A DNA stretch of 64,000 nt from an uncultured Candidatus Saccharibacteria bacterium (GTDB lineage: Bacteria > Patescibacteriota > Minisyncoccia > Phycocordibacterales > UBA5272), in the NCBI GenBank assembly GCA_964512315.1, contig CAZEIK010000002.1, forward strand, positions 45,304-109,303, in the 5' to 3' direction. The notes beneath the pieces were generated by a model. It ran no database searches. It was not told the origin of the DNA and saw only the letters and a list, made by a program, of their open reading frames with translations. This document shows, piece after piece, positions 18,272 through 27,905 of the stretch (positions within the stretch are counted from its first letter, which is position 1; the number at the start of each line of letters is the position of its first letter). The translations under genes were made by a program, and so were the position numbers.

Positions 18272-20414
18272 TAGTGGTTGCCTCTGTTGATGTGCTAAAG
18301 CCACCAGAATAGAAAGGGCAAGAGTTATTTTGCGCCCAAGCCTGAATTGGTGTATTCCATAAGTTATACTGAGGGTCGTTATAATTAGGAGATCCACCAC
18401 CAACACCAATATCTCCTAATATTGTATGAGCTGGGTTACCTTCCCCACACCAAATACCGCGTAATATAGGTAAAGTGTTTTCATTTGTAGGAGTTGGTGC
18501 GTCAAAATACGAAATAGGGGTGTTGTTTAAAGCAACACTCATAAACTTTTTCCAAATAGGAGCAACAACCATACCAGCAACCTTTTTATCTATTGGAGTA
18601 TTATCGTTATTTCCAGCCCACATTCCAACAGCAATATCTGGAGTGTAACCAATAACCCAAACATCCTTATAGTCGTTAGTTGTACCAGTTTTGGCAGCAA
18701 CAGGCCTGTCGGGGAAATAAAGCGCGCTGTTAGCCCCAAAAGCCGGTATTCTGGCGTTGTTATCAGTTAAAACATTACTTAGTGTGTCTGTGTATTCTTT
18801 TGGCACGACATCGATAGAATTCTGTGTGTATTTCTCCAAAACATTACCATTTAAATCTTTTACCTCTAGAACAAGAGCTGGTTGGTTGTACACGCCACTG
18901 TTAGCAAAAGTCGCATAAACATTAGTTAGTTCTAAAAGAGACACCTCTCCACCACCCAACACAAGAGATAAACCAAACCTAGAACTGTCAGTAAGGCTTG
19001 TAATTCCTAAGGTTTTTGCGAAGTTTAGAGCGTTTTGAACCCCGACTAAGTATAAAGTTTTTACCGCGGGGACATTGAGTGATTGTTGCAACGCCGACCT
19101 TATTGATATTGGTCCACGATATTTACCATCATAATTCACCGGCATATAACACTGCCTTTTATCCCCACCGTTCAAAGGATTGCCGTACGCATCACAAAGG
19201 GTACTAAACTGTGTCGGTAGGTCGAATAGTGTGGTGTCAGGAGTTAACCCTTTCATAAACGCTAACAGGTACACAATAGGCTTGAATGCTGAACCTGGCT
19301 GACGTAAGGCAGTCGCTATATTAAATTGCCCATCTATTTCTTTATCAAAATAATCACGAGACCCAACAAGAGACAATACTTGCCCAGTTTTTGAGTCTAT
19401 TGCAACCAAGGCAGCATTTCGAGCTTTATATTTCTGCTCATTTTCTAAAGCACCCTCTTTTACTATTTGTTCAGCGTTCTTTTGAAGATTCCAATCTATT
19501 GTGGTAATTACTTTTAGCCCACCATTTTCAACTACCTCTTCACCATACTTACTCTCAAGATAGTCTTTGACCATAAAAACAAAATGCAAAGCCTTGGCGT
19601 TATTGGTTTCTTGGGGCAAGAAGGCGACATTCTCGTTTTTGGCTTCAGAGTATTGAGTGTCGTCTATCATTTTAAGCTCAAACATTCTAGAAAGCACAAG
19701 GTTTTTTCTCTCGTCTAGGGCGGATTTATTTTTACCGTAAGGAGAATAGAATGACGGCGCCTGTGGCATTGCAGCAAGATAGGCTGCCTCAGCAAGAGTG
19801 ACATCTTTGGCCGGCTTACCAAAATAAGACTGAGAGGCCTCTTCTACCCCATAAATAGACCCCCCATAAGGAGATTCGTTCAAATACATAGTCAAAATGG
19901 TATCTTTGTCCAGTTGTGCGTCCAACTTAACAGCCAATATCCACTCTTTTACTTTTCTTATAATTGTTTTTTGCCTATCCAACAAAGCGTTTTTTACAAC
20001 TTGTTGTGTTATTGTTGACCCACCCTGTGAGTATCCGCCTGATGCAAGGTTGGCAAGCACTGCTCTCATTATTGATTGAGGTCGTATCCCGTAATGCTCG
20101 TAAAAATGAGAATCCTCAATAGCAACAGCGGCATTTTTAATATTTAGACTTATTTGATCAGACGGAACAACGGTACGTTTGATATTCTCGTGTATATTGT
20201 AGAGCACAACTTTACCAGTTCTGTCATAAATCTTGGTAGAATTGGCTATTTTACGATTCTCAAAGTCACTAAAATCAGGAAGTTTTATTGTGGCTATCCA
20301 TACAACAAAAAGCGCAGAGGTTATAAGGGTCAACCCAACCAAGGCGTAAAAAGACTCTTTCATCATATGTGAGACAAAACGAGACCTGCGATGATTGTGT
20401 TTCGGATGGTTCAT
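18258..20414 (-). CDS. class A penicillin-binding protein (bifunctional glycosyltransferase/transpeptidase, PBP1A-like)
   Basis: N-terminal TM. GT51 motif AIEDSHFYEHYGIRP. Transpeptidase SxxK-type region (GSAFKP) and KTGT motif. Confidence 0.9.
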   Translation of the reverse strand: MNHPKHNHRRSRFVSHMMKESFYALVGLTLITSALFVVWIATIKLPDFSDFENRKIANSTKIYDRTGKVVLYNIHENIKRTVVPSDQISLNIKNAAVAIEDSHFYEHYGIRPQSIMRAVLANLASGGYSQGGSTITQQVVKNALLDRQKTIIRKVKEWILAVKLDAQLDKDTILTMYLNESPYGGSIYGVEEASQSYFGKPAKDVTLAEAAYLAAMPQAPSFYSPYGKNKSALDERKNLVLSRMFELKMIDDTQYSEAKNENVAFLPQETNNAKALHFVFMVKDYLESKYGEEVVENGGLKVITTIDWNLQKNAEQIVKEGALENEQKYKARNAALVAIDSKTGQVLSLVGSRDYFDKEIDGQFNIATALRQPGSAFKPIVYLLAFMKGLTPDTTLFDLPTQFSTLCDAYGNPLNGGDKRQCYMPVNYDGKYRGPISIRSALQQSLNVPAVKTLYLVGVQNALNFAKTLGITSLTDSSRFGLSLVLGGGEVSLLELTNVYATFANSGVYNQPALVLEVKDLNGNVLEKYTQNSIDVVPKEYTDTLSNVLTDNNARIPAFGANSALYFPDRPVAAKTGTTNDYKDVWVIGYTPDIAVGMWAGNNDNTPIDKKVAGMVVAPIWKKFMSVALNNTPISYFDAPTPTNENTLPILRGIWCGEGNPAHTILGDIGVGGGSPNYNDPQYNLWNTPIQAWAQNNSCPFYSGGFSTSTEATTTIGF

Positions 20415-20434
20415 AGTTGTGATATAGTATTTAT

Positions 20435-21625
20435 ATGCCTAATACTAACACAGACGAAACCAAGATTAAACAGCTGTTGTCAAGAGCTGTGGAGGAGATT
20501 TTTGTAAAAGAAGAGATGGAAAAAGATCTCCTGTCTGGACGCGAGCTCAGAATAAAATTTGGAATAGACCCAACGGGCCCCAAAATACACCTAGGTCGCG
20601 CTATTCCAATAAGAAAGCTTCGCGAGTTTCAAAAACTAGGACACAAAATAGTTCTTATTATTGGTGACTTTACAGCACAGATAGGTGACGCTAGCGACAA
20701 GACAGAAAAGAGGCCAATGTTAACACGCGCCCAGATAGACGAGAATTTGAAAGACTATAAGAGTCAGATAGGTAAGATTTTGGATTTAGAGAAGGTTGAG
20801 TTTGTTTACAATAACGATTGGCTTTCAAAATTAACATTTCAAGATGTCACACAACTAGCGGAATGCTTCACTGTGCAGCAAATGTTAGCAAGGAGGAATT
20901 TTAAAGACAGATTCGATGCTGGTACAGAGATCTCTTTGCGTGAATTTTTATACCCACTAATGCAGGGATATGACAGCTATGCTGTGAAGTCAGATGTTGA
21001 GATTGGTGGCTACGATCAACTTTTTAACTTAAAAGCTGGTCGCGCTATACAAGAGTTCTTCGGCATGCCAAAGCAGCACATTATGAATCTCCAAATGCTA
21101 GAAGGAACAGACGGAAGAAAAATGTCTACTAGTTGGGGTAATGTTGTAACTGTAGTAGATGAGCCGAACGATATGTTTGGTAAGATTATGTCTTTGCGTG
21201 ATGAGCTTATAATTAAGTATTTCAATCTTTGTACTGACGCAGACGAGAACCAAATTAAAAAGTACGAAGAAGATTTAAAAAATGGAGTAAATCCTAGAGA
21301 TATAAAATTTATTTTAGCTGAGGAGATAGTTAAGATGTATCACAATGAGAAGGTGGCAGCCCAAGCCAAACAAAACTTTATTGAAGTATTCCAGAACAAG
21401 GGTCTGCCAGACGATATACCAGAAGTATATGCAGAAGAAAAAGAAATGTTTTCCGATGTTGCGTTAAGGTCTGGAACAGTGGAGAGTAAGAGTGAATGGA
21501 AGAGGCTTGTTGAAGAGGGTGCTGTTAGTTATGAGAGTGGCGAAGTGTTGTCTGATTACAAAGAGTTAGCCAAAAGCGCAACATTAAAAATAGGCAAAAA
21601 AAGATTTCTAAAAGTAAGAGCTTAA
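20435..21625 (+). CDS. tyrS: tyrosyl-tRNA synthetase (class I aaRS with C-terminal S4-like domain)
   Basis: HIGH-region variant GIDPTGPKIHLGRAI, KMSTS (KMSKS) motif and a C-terminal S4-like segment. TrpRS cannot be fully excluded. Confidence 0.7.
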   Translation: MPNTNTDETKIKQLLSRAVEEIFVKEEMEKDLLSGRELRIKFGIDPTGPKIHLGRAIPIRKLREFQKLGHKIVLIIGDFTAQIGDASDKTEKRPMLTRAQIDENLKDYKSQIGKILDLEKVEFVYNNDWLSKLTFQDVTQLAECFTVQQMLARRNFKDRFDAGTEISLREFLYPLMQGYDSYAVKSDVEIGGYDQLFNLKAGRAIQEFFGMPKQHIMNLQMLEGTDGRKMSTSWGNVVTVVDEPNDMFGKIMSLRDELIIKYFNLCTDADENQIKKYEEDLKNGVNPRDIKFILAEEIVKMYHNEKVAAQAKQNFIEVFQNKGLPDDIPEVYAEEKEMFSDVALRSGTVESKSEWKRLVEEGAVSYESGEVLSDYKELAKSATLKIGKKRFLKVRA

Positions 21626-21825
21626 TACCAATCTCTGGGGTCGTCGTGAGGGAATGCTATATCCAACTCGTCATCGTCATCACTTAATATAAAAACCTCC
21701 TCCTCTTCTAGCTCAACATATCCATCATCACCAAGAGCTGCATCTAAGGCATCCGGGTTAACTGAGTCTTCATTTACAGGTTTTTCCTCTTCTTCCATAT
21801 TTGTTTTTTGATTCTTGATAAGATA

Positions 21826-22317
21826 TCAAATTGTTTTTAAATATGCAAGGGCTGCTAGTCCTGACGCCACCGCATCGTATTCATCATCTAGCCCAGTCTT
21901 AGCAACATGCTTACTAATTAGCTTAACCATTTTAATAACCTGATCCTTTTTTGCATTACCAACACCAGTCACAGCTAGCTTTATTTTCTGTGGGGTCATC
22001 TCTACGATTTTTATTCCGCGCCTAACACAAATCAACTTAACAGCCCCTTTAATCTCAGCAACATTAATAACACTCTTTGCGTTGTCGTGCATAAACACAG
22101 ACTCGACACATAATATTTCTGGGTGATATTCATCTAGAACTTTTTCAAACTCACTTATAACTTGCATAAGACGCGCCTCAAAAGTTAAAGTTTTGGATGT
22201 CTGAAAGCAGTCAGAGAATAACACGGAGTCTTTATAATTCTCTCTAACAACAACTGCGACACCAAAACGATCGAACCCTGGATCAACAGCAACCACAACA
22301 GTTTTATTTTGCTGCAT
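21826..22317 (-). CDS. ruvC: Holliday junction resolvase RuvC
   Basis: N-terminal VVAVDPGFDRFGVAVV. 163 aa. Overlaps the ruvB stop. Confidence 0.85.
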   Translation of the reverse strand: MQQNKTVVVAVDPGFDRFGVAVVVRENYKDSVLFSDCFQTSKTLTFEARLMQVISEFEKVLDEYHPEILCVESVFMHDNAKSVINVAEIKGAVKLICVRRGIKIVEMTPQKIKLAVTGVGNAKKDQVIKMVKLISKHVAKTGLDDEYDAVASGLAALAYLKTI

Positions 22318-23287
22318 AGTCTTTACCTTTCTGTGTTAGTTGTCTTCCGCGTGTGGTTTTTTCTATTAGACCCATTTGTAAGAGATACGGCTCTAATACA
22401 TCTTCTAGCGTACTCTCTTCCTCTGAGAGTGCCGCCGCAAGAGTAGAGAGTCCAACCGGGCCGCCCGAGAATTTATCTAATATAGTTTTTAAATACTCTC
22501 TTTCGTTGTGACCCAAACCTTCCTCATCAATTTCTAAAAGGTCTAAAGATTTTTTTACTGTAAAAACATCAAGAGGCAACTCATGAACCTCAGCATAATC
22601 ACGAGCACGCTTGAGGTAGAAGTTGGCAATACGTGGGGTGAATCTCGAGCGCTTAGCTATTTCGAGGGCCGCCTCGTGAGATATTTTTGCTCCAAGCTTC
22701 TCTGAGCTCTTCTCCACAATTTGCGCCAACTCTTCTAAGGTGTAGAATTGTAAACGGTATACACCACCTGAGAATCTTGATCGCAGTGGTGACGAGAGTA
22801 GCGACACACGTGTTGTGGCACCAACAAGAGTAAATGGCGGTATGTCTAATTGTATACTTCTTGCGGCTGGACCTTTGCCGATAATAATATCAAGAACACC
22901 TGATTCCATTGCAGGATATAGCACCTCCTCAATCATTTTGTTAAGGCGGTGTATCTCGTCGATGAACAGAACATCATGCGGTTGCAAGTTGGTTAATATA
23001 GCAGCCAAGTCACCAACTTTTGTAAGAGTGGGTCCAGATGTTACTTTTATATTTGTATTAAGTGTTCTTGCTACTATGTGAGCGAGAGTTGTTTTACCTA
23101 GTCCTGGTGGACCATATAACAAAATATGCTCAGGGGGCGTTCCGCGTGAGAGGGCTGCGCGTAAGAGTACGTCTATATTTTTTTTAATCTGGGTCTGACC
23201 AATATAATGTTCAAAAGTTGTCGGGCGAAGGCTCGAATCTAGATGTCTACTCTCCTCATTTTTAACTTCTTCTTGACCACTTGACAT
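22304..23287 (-). CDS. ruvB: Holliday junction branch-migration ATPase RuvB
   Basis: LLYGPPGLGKTTLAHIVA Walker A, FIDEIHRL Walker B, arginine finger region. Confidence 0.95.
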   Translation of the reverse strand: MSSGQEEVKNEESRHLDSSLRPTTFEHYIGQTQIKKNIDVLLRAALSRGTPPEHILLYGPPGLGKTTLAHIVARTLNTNIKVTSGPTLTKVGDLAAILTNLQPHDVLFIDEIHRLNKMIEEVLYPAMESGVLDIIIGKGPAARSIQLDIPPFTLVGATTRVSLLSSPLRSRFSGGVYRLQFYTLEELAQIVEKSSEKLGAKISHEAALEIAKRSRFTPRIANFYLKRARDYAEVHELPLDVFTVKKSLDLLEIDEEGLGHNEREYLKTILDKFSGGPVGLSTLAAALSEEESTLEDVLEPYLLQMGLIEKTTRGRQLTQKGKDYAAK

Positions 23288-23478
23288 AGAATTTAATTAT
23301 GTTATAATTGTCCACAGTTCAATCTTTTAAAAAGCTCGTCAATCTTTAAGCAATCGGGTTCGCCCATACTTCTATTACGAAGGACGTTTTGGTTCTAAAG
23401 CATTTGCTTTACTACTGCGGCTATCCTTATGTAGGAAATATTCTTCACCAAGGGGTTGTTTAAAGATTAATGAGCTTT

Positions 23479-25173
23479 TTATTTTTCGTACAGATCAACA
23501 ACTGTTCCCAACTCCTCTAGCGAGGTGACCCCGTCTAGTACCTTCATTATACCATCTTCTCTCATTGAGGGTATCATTTGTTTTGCCGCTACAGCTTTTA
23601 TCTCTCTTTCACCAGCACCACCAACAGCAGCAGTCTCTATTTCTCCTGTCATTTGTATTGCTTCGTATATACCAGTTCTACCTTTGTAACCATTGTTGCA
23701 CTTATCACAACCCCCATCCTTGGCTACAAATATTTGATATATTTTTTGTGGTGGATGAGCTACGTCTTTACCTTCGGAGACCATGTTACCAATTACATCA
23801 GTTATTAATTTTGACTCTTCTGCTGTTGCGTCTCTTCTTTCTTTACAATTTACACACAACTTCCTACACAATCTTTGTGCCATTACAAGAGTAAGCGACG
23901 AGGCTAATGTCTTAGCATCAACCCCGAGGTCTATCATGCGAGGTATTGATCCTGCTGCCGAGTTGGTGTGTAGGGTAGAGAGTACTATGTGACCAGTTAG
24001 TGCCGCGCTCGCTGCTACCTTTGCTGTGTCTTCATCACGGATCTCACCCACCATAATTACATCTGGGTCTTGGCGTAATGCAGCACGCAGTCCGAGTAGA
24101 AAAGTGTAATCTTTTTTCTGGTCGACTTGTGTCTGGGTTATTCCGTCTAAGTGATACTCGATAGGGTCTTCGATAGTGATTATTTTTTTCTCAGATGTGT
24201 AGACTTTACGAAGACAGGCATACAAAGTTGTAGACTTACCTGATCCAGTTGGTCCAGTAGTTAAGACCATACCATAAGGCTTCTTTATTGCGCGGTCGAG
24301 TACACCTAACACCTTTTCATTCATACCTAACTGGTCAAATCCAACATTAGCAGCCTTAGGGTCCAAGATTCTCATTACATAATTTTCACCATAATTGCCA
24401 GGCACAACCGACACACGCACTTCTATTTTGTCTCCGCCCCAATCAATTTCAAATCTTCCATCTTGCGCAGACTTTTGTATAGAGAGCTTCATCCCGGCGA
24501 GCAGTTTAAGACGACTATTAAGTAAATTAAAAGTCTTTTCATCAGTGAAGAATATATCTTGTAGGGCGCCATCTATACGATATCTAACTTTCACAGTGCC
24601 ATCTTCTGGTTCTATATGTATATCGCTCGCGGTGAAGTGTATGGCACCAACTAGTGACATCTCAATTATTTTCGAAACTCTCTCTCTGTCACTATTCATA
24701 ATAACTTGTTCCAACTTATCCCTGAATGTCTGCAGGTTGCTAACATCCTCCAGCAACTCCCTTAAGTGAGACTCGCTTAGGTTGACCAACCCCCTTTCTA
24801 CAACCGTCCCAGCATCCAGGTCAGCGTAACGCGCCCACACTTTTTTAACTGACGTATCAGATGCAATATATATTATCGGTTTATCACCTTTGTTAGAAAG
24901 CTTCGCCAAGTACTCAACAACATCGTCACGAGTCGGGTCTGATATTGCTATGTGAAGCTGTCTACCAACCATTTTAAATGGAGCAAAGGAGTATTTTTGT
25001 GCATCTTCTAAGGGGAGTGCTGCTAGCGCATCCATTTCAGGAGACTTAATACGAAGGTCTATGTAAGGGAGACCTGTTTGGGCAGCCAGGAACTCCGCCT
25101 CTTTTTCTTCATCTTCCGCAGCCAATTTGTTCAGGCTTGTTTTGATTTTTAGCTCTGCAATATCATCGATCAT
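23479..25173 (-). CDS. pilB: type II secretion/type IV pilus assembly ATPase (GspE/PilB family)
   Basis: Walker A LTTGPTGSGKSTTLYACL, Asp/His boxes and a C-terminal tetracysteine (CxxC...CxxC). 564 aa. Confidence 0.85.
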   Translation of the reverse strand: MIDDIAELKIKTSLNKLAAEDEEKEAEFLAAQTGLPYIDLRIKSPEMDALAALPLEDAQKYSFAPFKMVGRQLHIAISDPTRDDVVEYLAKLSNKGDKPIIYIASDTSVKKVWARYADLDAGTVVERGLVNLSESHLRELLEDVSNLQTFRDKLEQVIMNSDRERVSKIIEMSLVGAIHFTASDIHIEPEDGTVKVRYRIDGALQDIFFTDEKTFNLLNSRLKLLAGMKLSIQKSAQDGRFEIDWGGDKIEVRVSVVPGNYGENYVMRILDPKAANVGFDQLGMNEKVLGVLDRAIKKPYGMVLTTGPTGSGKSTTLYACLRKVYTSEKKIITIEDPIEYHLDGITQTQVDQKKDYTFLLGLRAALRQDPDVIMVGEIRDEDTAKVAASAALTGHIVLSTLHTNSAAGSIPRMIDLGVDAKTLASSLTLVMAQRLCRKLCVNCKERRDATAEESKLITDVIGNMVSEGKDVAHPPQKIYQIFVAKDGGCDKCNNGYKGRTGIYEAIQMTGEIETAAVGGAGEREIKAVAAKQMIPSMREDGIMKVLDGVTSLEELGTVVDLYEK

Positions 25174-25221
25174 GCTTATATTATAACCAATAAAATCTAT
25201 ATAAATATAATCTTTTACACC

Positions 25222-25249
25222 TTGACAAAAGTATTATTTAGTGTATACT
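25222..25249 (+). promoter_or_regulatory. near-consensus sigma70-type promoter (TTGACA-N16-TATACT) upstream of the lipoprotein gene
   Basis: TTGACA at 25222-25227 and TATACT at 25244-25249 with a 16-nt spacer. RBS AGGAGA precedes the ATG at 25316. Confidence 0.4.
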
Positions 25250-25315
25250 AGTGTTAGTAATCTGATCATTCATTTTGCGGTGAGATAATATCAACAACCC
25301 GCCAAGGAGACGCGA

Positions 25316-25624
25316 ATGCGTTCAATTTTCATTATCGCAGGACTCGCTTCGCTCGCCTTATCAGGCTGTGTTACGATTGTTGCGCGAGAACAACCGGCGC
25401 AACAGGCGGTCTATTACCGCCAAGCGCCAGCACCTGTTGTAAATGGCCTTCCTCAAGGTTGTCAGCGCACCATTTACGGTACGCACTGCAATCAGGCGGA
25501 TGGTTACATCCTCCAGGCGCCGCAAGTGCCAGGCCGCACGGCTCAGCCGGGTGCCGGTCAGCCGACTTGCCCCTACGGTGGTACGCTACGCACAGTCAAC
25601 GGACAACTCTTGTGTGTCCGCTGA
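25316..25624 (+). CDS. small Cys-containing lipoprotein (high-GC island gene 1)
   Basis: Signal peptide with lipobox LALSGC, AGGAGA RBS, roughly 62% GC codon usage with strongly GC-biased third positions. Confidence 0.55.
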   Translation: MRSIFIIAGLASLALSGCVTIVAREQPAQQAVYYRQAPAPVVNGLPQGCQRTIYGTHCNQADGYILQAPQVPGRTAQPGAGQPTCPYGGTLRTVNGQLLCVR

Positions 25625-25706
25625 CACCAACTTTCACTTTTAGGGTACCGGGACTGTGATCACTCCCAAGCGCTCGCTTATCCTTCCCCGGACGAGCTGC
25701 TGATAT

Positions 25707-25741
25707 TCCCTGAACGGACCCCTGTGGTCCGTTTTTCTTTT
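25707..25741 (+). terminator. rho-independent terminator
   Basis: Stem ACGGACC-CCTGT-GGTCCGT followed by TTTTTCTTTTT. Confidence 0.5.
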
Positions 25742-25776
25742 TATATAAAGTAATAAAAAATATTAAATGTATAGTC

Positions 25777-25804
25777 TTGACAAAAGATTAAAAACATGTA
25801 TACT
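25777..25804 (+). promoter_or_regulatory. second copy of the near-consensus promoter (TTGACA-N16-TATACT)
   Basis: TTGACA at 25777-25782 and TATACT at 25799-25804. Shares CTTGACAAAAG.ATT...GTATACT with the promoter at 25222. Confidence 0.4.
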
Positions 25805-25905
25805 TATACACAGAGGTTTTGAGAAATTATCTTGAATAAATTAGGGTAATTTACAAAACTTTACTTTCACAACCAACGCGGCAGCCCGCCGCAAAAGGAA
25901 AATGT

Positions 25906-26862
25906 ATGGCAGCAGCTGCCCCCCGCCCCGTCGCCCCTCGAGTTCGTCCCGCTGCGCATCGCCGCAGTTGGACGAAGTGGCTCAAGTATGCAGGATACAC
26001 CATCTTCGCTCTGCTTGCAGCTGCCTTTTTACTCTGGCTCGCGGCATTGATGTTCTCACCGGTTATCAGCTGGTGGAACACGTCGTCGTTCAGCGCATGG
26101 TCTTCGGATCGTGCGTTGGCGTCAGCCCGCGACAACTTGAGTGCAAATCGCAAAGTCGCGAACAACAGCGGTCGCATCAAGGCGATCGACAGCAAAACCC
26201 CTGATCTCGTCGACTCCGCCAACACGGCAGGCGAGCGAGCTGAAGGAAAAACCTTAACTCGCCAGCTGGCGAGAGAGCGTGCCGCTACGGTTCGAGATCA
26301 GGCGGCAGAGATGAAAAACTCAGCCGCGGTATCTCGTGCCGATGCAGCCGAGATAGCCCTCTCTGCTTGTGACGACGGTGATGATGCTTGCATTGAGCGA
26401 GCCCTCAAGCTTCTGCGCCCACCGTTCATGGTGAAGCAGGAAATGGATGAGCTCGCGGCTGCGAAAAAAGCAGCCGAAGATGCGAAAGCTGCCCAAAAGG
26501 TGGCTGAGGATGCTCTTGCGAAAGAGAAAGCCAAGCCAGCAAAGGTGGTTCGTATTCCTGGTCCTACGGTGTACTTGCCGCAACCAGTGGCCACGCCACC
26601 CTCAGCAGCTCTGGCAATCGTCCCGTCTCGCCCAACTACTACACCAGCAGCACCGTCCAGCGGAGCTGTGCCCTGCACATTTAGCCGGCACGGTGTCGCG
26701 ATCGAGACGTTCACCGTCTCGTCTGGAGAGGAATGCAAGAGAGCGACGTTCGAAAAGAACGAAGCCTTCATCTTCCGTGAGTGCGTCCAAAAGTGGGGGC
26801 AAGACCACTGCATCAAGCAGCGAGATATTCGCAAGCAGGCGCAAGGGCAAAACTCTTGGTAG
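25906..26862 (+). CDS. Ala-rich single-pass membrane protein (high-GC island gene 2)
   Basis: 318 aa. TM helix YAGYTIFALLAAAFLLWLAALMF, then charged Ala-rich helical region, a Pro-rich segment (PQPVATPPSAALAIVPSRPTTTPAAPSS) and a Cys-containing C-terminal domain. GC-rich. Confidence 0.5.
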   Translation: MAAAAPRPVAPRVRPAAHRRSWTKWLKYAGYTIFALLAAAFLLWLAALMFSPVISWWNTSSFSAWSSDRALASARDNLSANRKVANNSGRIKAIDSKTPDLVDSANTAGERAEGKTLTRQLARERAATVRDQAAEMKNSAAVSRADAAEIALSACDDGDDACIERALKLLRPPFMVKQEMDELAAAKKAAEDAKAAQKVAEDALAKEKAKPAKVVRIPGPTVYLPQPVATPPSAALAIVPSRPTTTPAAPSSGAVPCTFSRHGVAIETFTVSSGEECKRATFEKNEAFIFRECVQKWGQDHCIKQRDIRKQAQGQNSW

Positions 26863-26879
26863 GAATTTCCCTACCGCAA

Positions 26880-26912
26880 AGGTCCGTCGTAACGACGGCC
26901 TTTTTTTATTTT
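26880..26912 (+). terminator. rho-independent terminator
   Basis: GGTCCGTCG-TAA-CGACGGCC hairpin followed by TTTTTTTATTTT. Confidence 0.5.
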
Positions 26913-26973
26913 GACAACAAAACTTTTTGTTGTTAGTGTTTAGTAGTCTTTAACTATACAAGGAGCAAGAGAC

Positions 26974-27444
26974 GTGACGTTCTTTAAAACAATTTTTATG
27001 TTGGCAAGCTTTCTGCTTGCCGGTGTGGCTGCCTCTCAGGTCTGTGAGTTGAGTAAGGGTTGCAATGACCCTAACAGCATCGGTGCCAGGGTTACCTTGC
27101 CCGGTGTTGGTGTTAAGGCGCCGCCACCAGCAAACACAGCTTCTGTCACGCAGAATATTGGTGTAGGTGTTGACGTCAAAATCATCCCCGAGATCACCTC
27201 CGTGACGGTGGACAGCTCTCGTTTGCGAGGTATCTGCATCTCGTGGGAAAATGGCGAGCCGTGTCCGGCAGCAAAGGCAATTGACTCACCGGTCAGGGAG
27301 GTAAAAGCTTCGGAACAAAAACCGAAACAACTCAAACCCTCAAAACAGGCAAGTCGTTCAAAAGTTGCAACGGTGACTATTCCGGCTTCCGAATATGAAA
27401 AACTCGTCAAGAGTTGCAGCAAACCAGCAGCACAAAAACCTTAA
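26974..27444 (+). CDS. secreted Cys-motif protein, paralogue A (high-GC island gene 3)
   Basis: GTG start 8 nt after AGGAG. Signal peptide FMLASFLLAGVAAS. Motifs C-x-L-S-K-G-C-N-D-P-N and ISWENGEPC are shared with the next gene. Confidence 0.5.
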   Translation: MTFFKTIFMLASFLLAGVAASQVCELSKGCNDPNSIGARVTLPGVGVKAPPPANTASVTQNIGVGVDVKIIPEITSVTVDSSRLRGICISWENGEPCPAAKAIDSPVREVKASEQKPKQLKPSKQASRSKVATVTIPASEYEKLVKSCSKPAAQKP

Positions 27445-27459
27445 TAGGAGAGAAGTGAG

Positions 27460-27879
27460 ATGAGAAAGCATTTGTTGTCGTTATGGCTCTTTCTTTCGGT
27501 GTTGGCAATGCCAATCTTTGCAGAAGAAAGGGAAGCGGGACTGTGTCAGGGTTGCAAAGACCCTAACGCAATCTCAACAACCATAAAACTGCCCACACCT
27601 AGTGTGCAGTCGCCACCACCAGTTACATTGCCGCCCGTGTATCAAGACGTGTATCAGCCGGTTGTGCAGCGTATACACCCTCAGATCGTTTCTGTGCAGG
27701 TGGCGGAGACGGTTGGTGTTGTGTGTGTTAATTGGCAGAACGTGCCTTGTTCTTGTGCTGTTGCTCCGGCACCAGACATGCGCAGGTGCGCCATCCATAA
27801 AGGGCGTCCAGATTTAGGGTTTTTCCCAGGTTTGTTTTCCCAAAATGGCTGCGAGGAAGAGCGGGCACGAAGAAAATGA
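27460..27879 (+). CDS. secreted Cys-motif protein, paralogue B (high-GC island gene 4)
   Basis: Signal peptide LLSLWLFLSVLAMPIFA. Shares C-QGC-KDPN-I...LP...V..PPP...I.SV.V...C..W.N.PC with the preceding gene. Confidence 0.5.
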   Translation: MRKHLLSLWLFLSVLAMPIFAEEREAGLCQGCKDPNAISTTIKLPTPSVQSPPPVTLPPVYQDVYQPVVQRIHPQIVSVQVAETVGVVCVNWQNVPCSCAVAPAPDMRRCAIHKGRPDLGFFPGLFSQNGCEEERARRK

Positions 27880-27905
27880 TGCTTGACCGGCGGTTTTCCG
27901 CCAAG

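Noticed and set aside
23288-23478. 190-nt non-coding gap between ruvB and pilB as a possible small RNA
   Set aside because: No convincing conserved RNA motif (SRP, 6S, tmRNA, RNase P) and no strong secondary structure were found by eye. It is most likely promoter or UTR sequence. A TGTGGACAA DnaA-box-like 9-mer is present but isolated.
23565-23992. Plus-strand ORFs antisense to pilB (23565-23894, 23578-23808, 23783-23992)
   Set aside because: They lie entirely within the well-supported pilB gene and give low-complexity translations, so they are antisense artefacts.
25443-26914. Numerous overlapping ORFs on both strands inside the high-GC island (for example 25443-25643, 25459-25659, 25851-26225 minus, 25902-26204, 26298-26834 minus, 26320-26583 minus, 26447-26914, 26602-26850 minus)
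   Set aside because: High GC suppresses stop codons in all frames. These frames overlap the better-supported signal-peptide-bearing ORFs, lack RBS and start context, and translate to low-complexity Arg/Ala/Pro runs, so they are treated as spurious.
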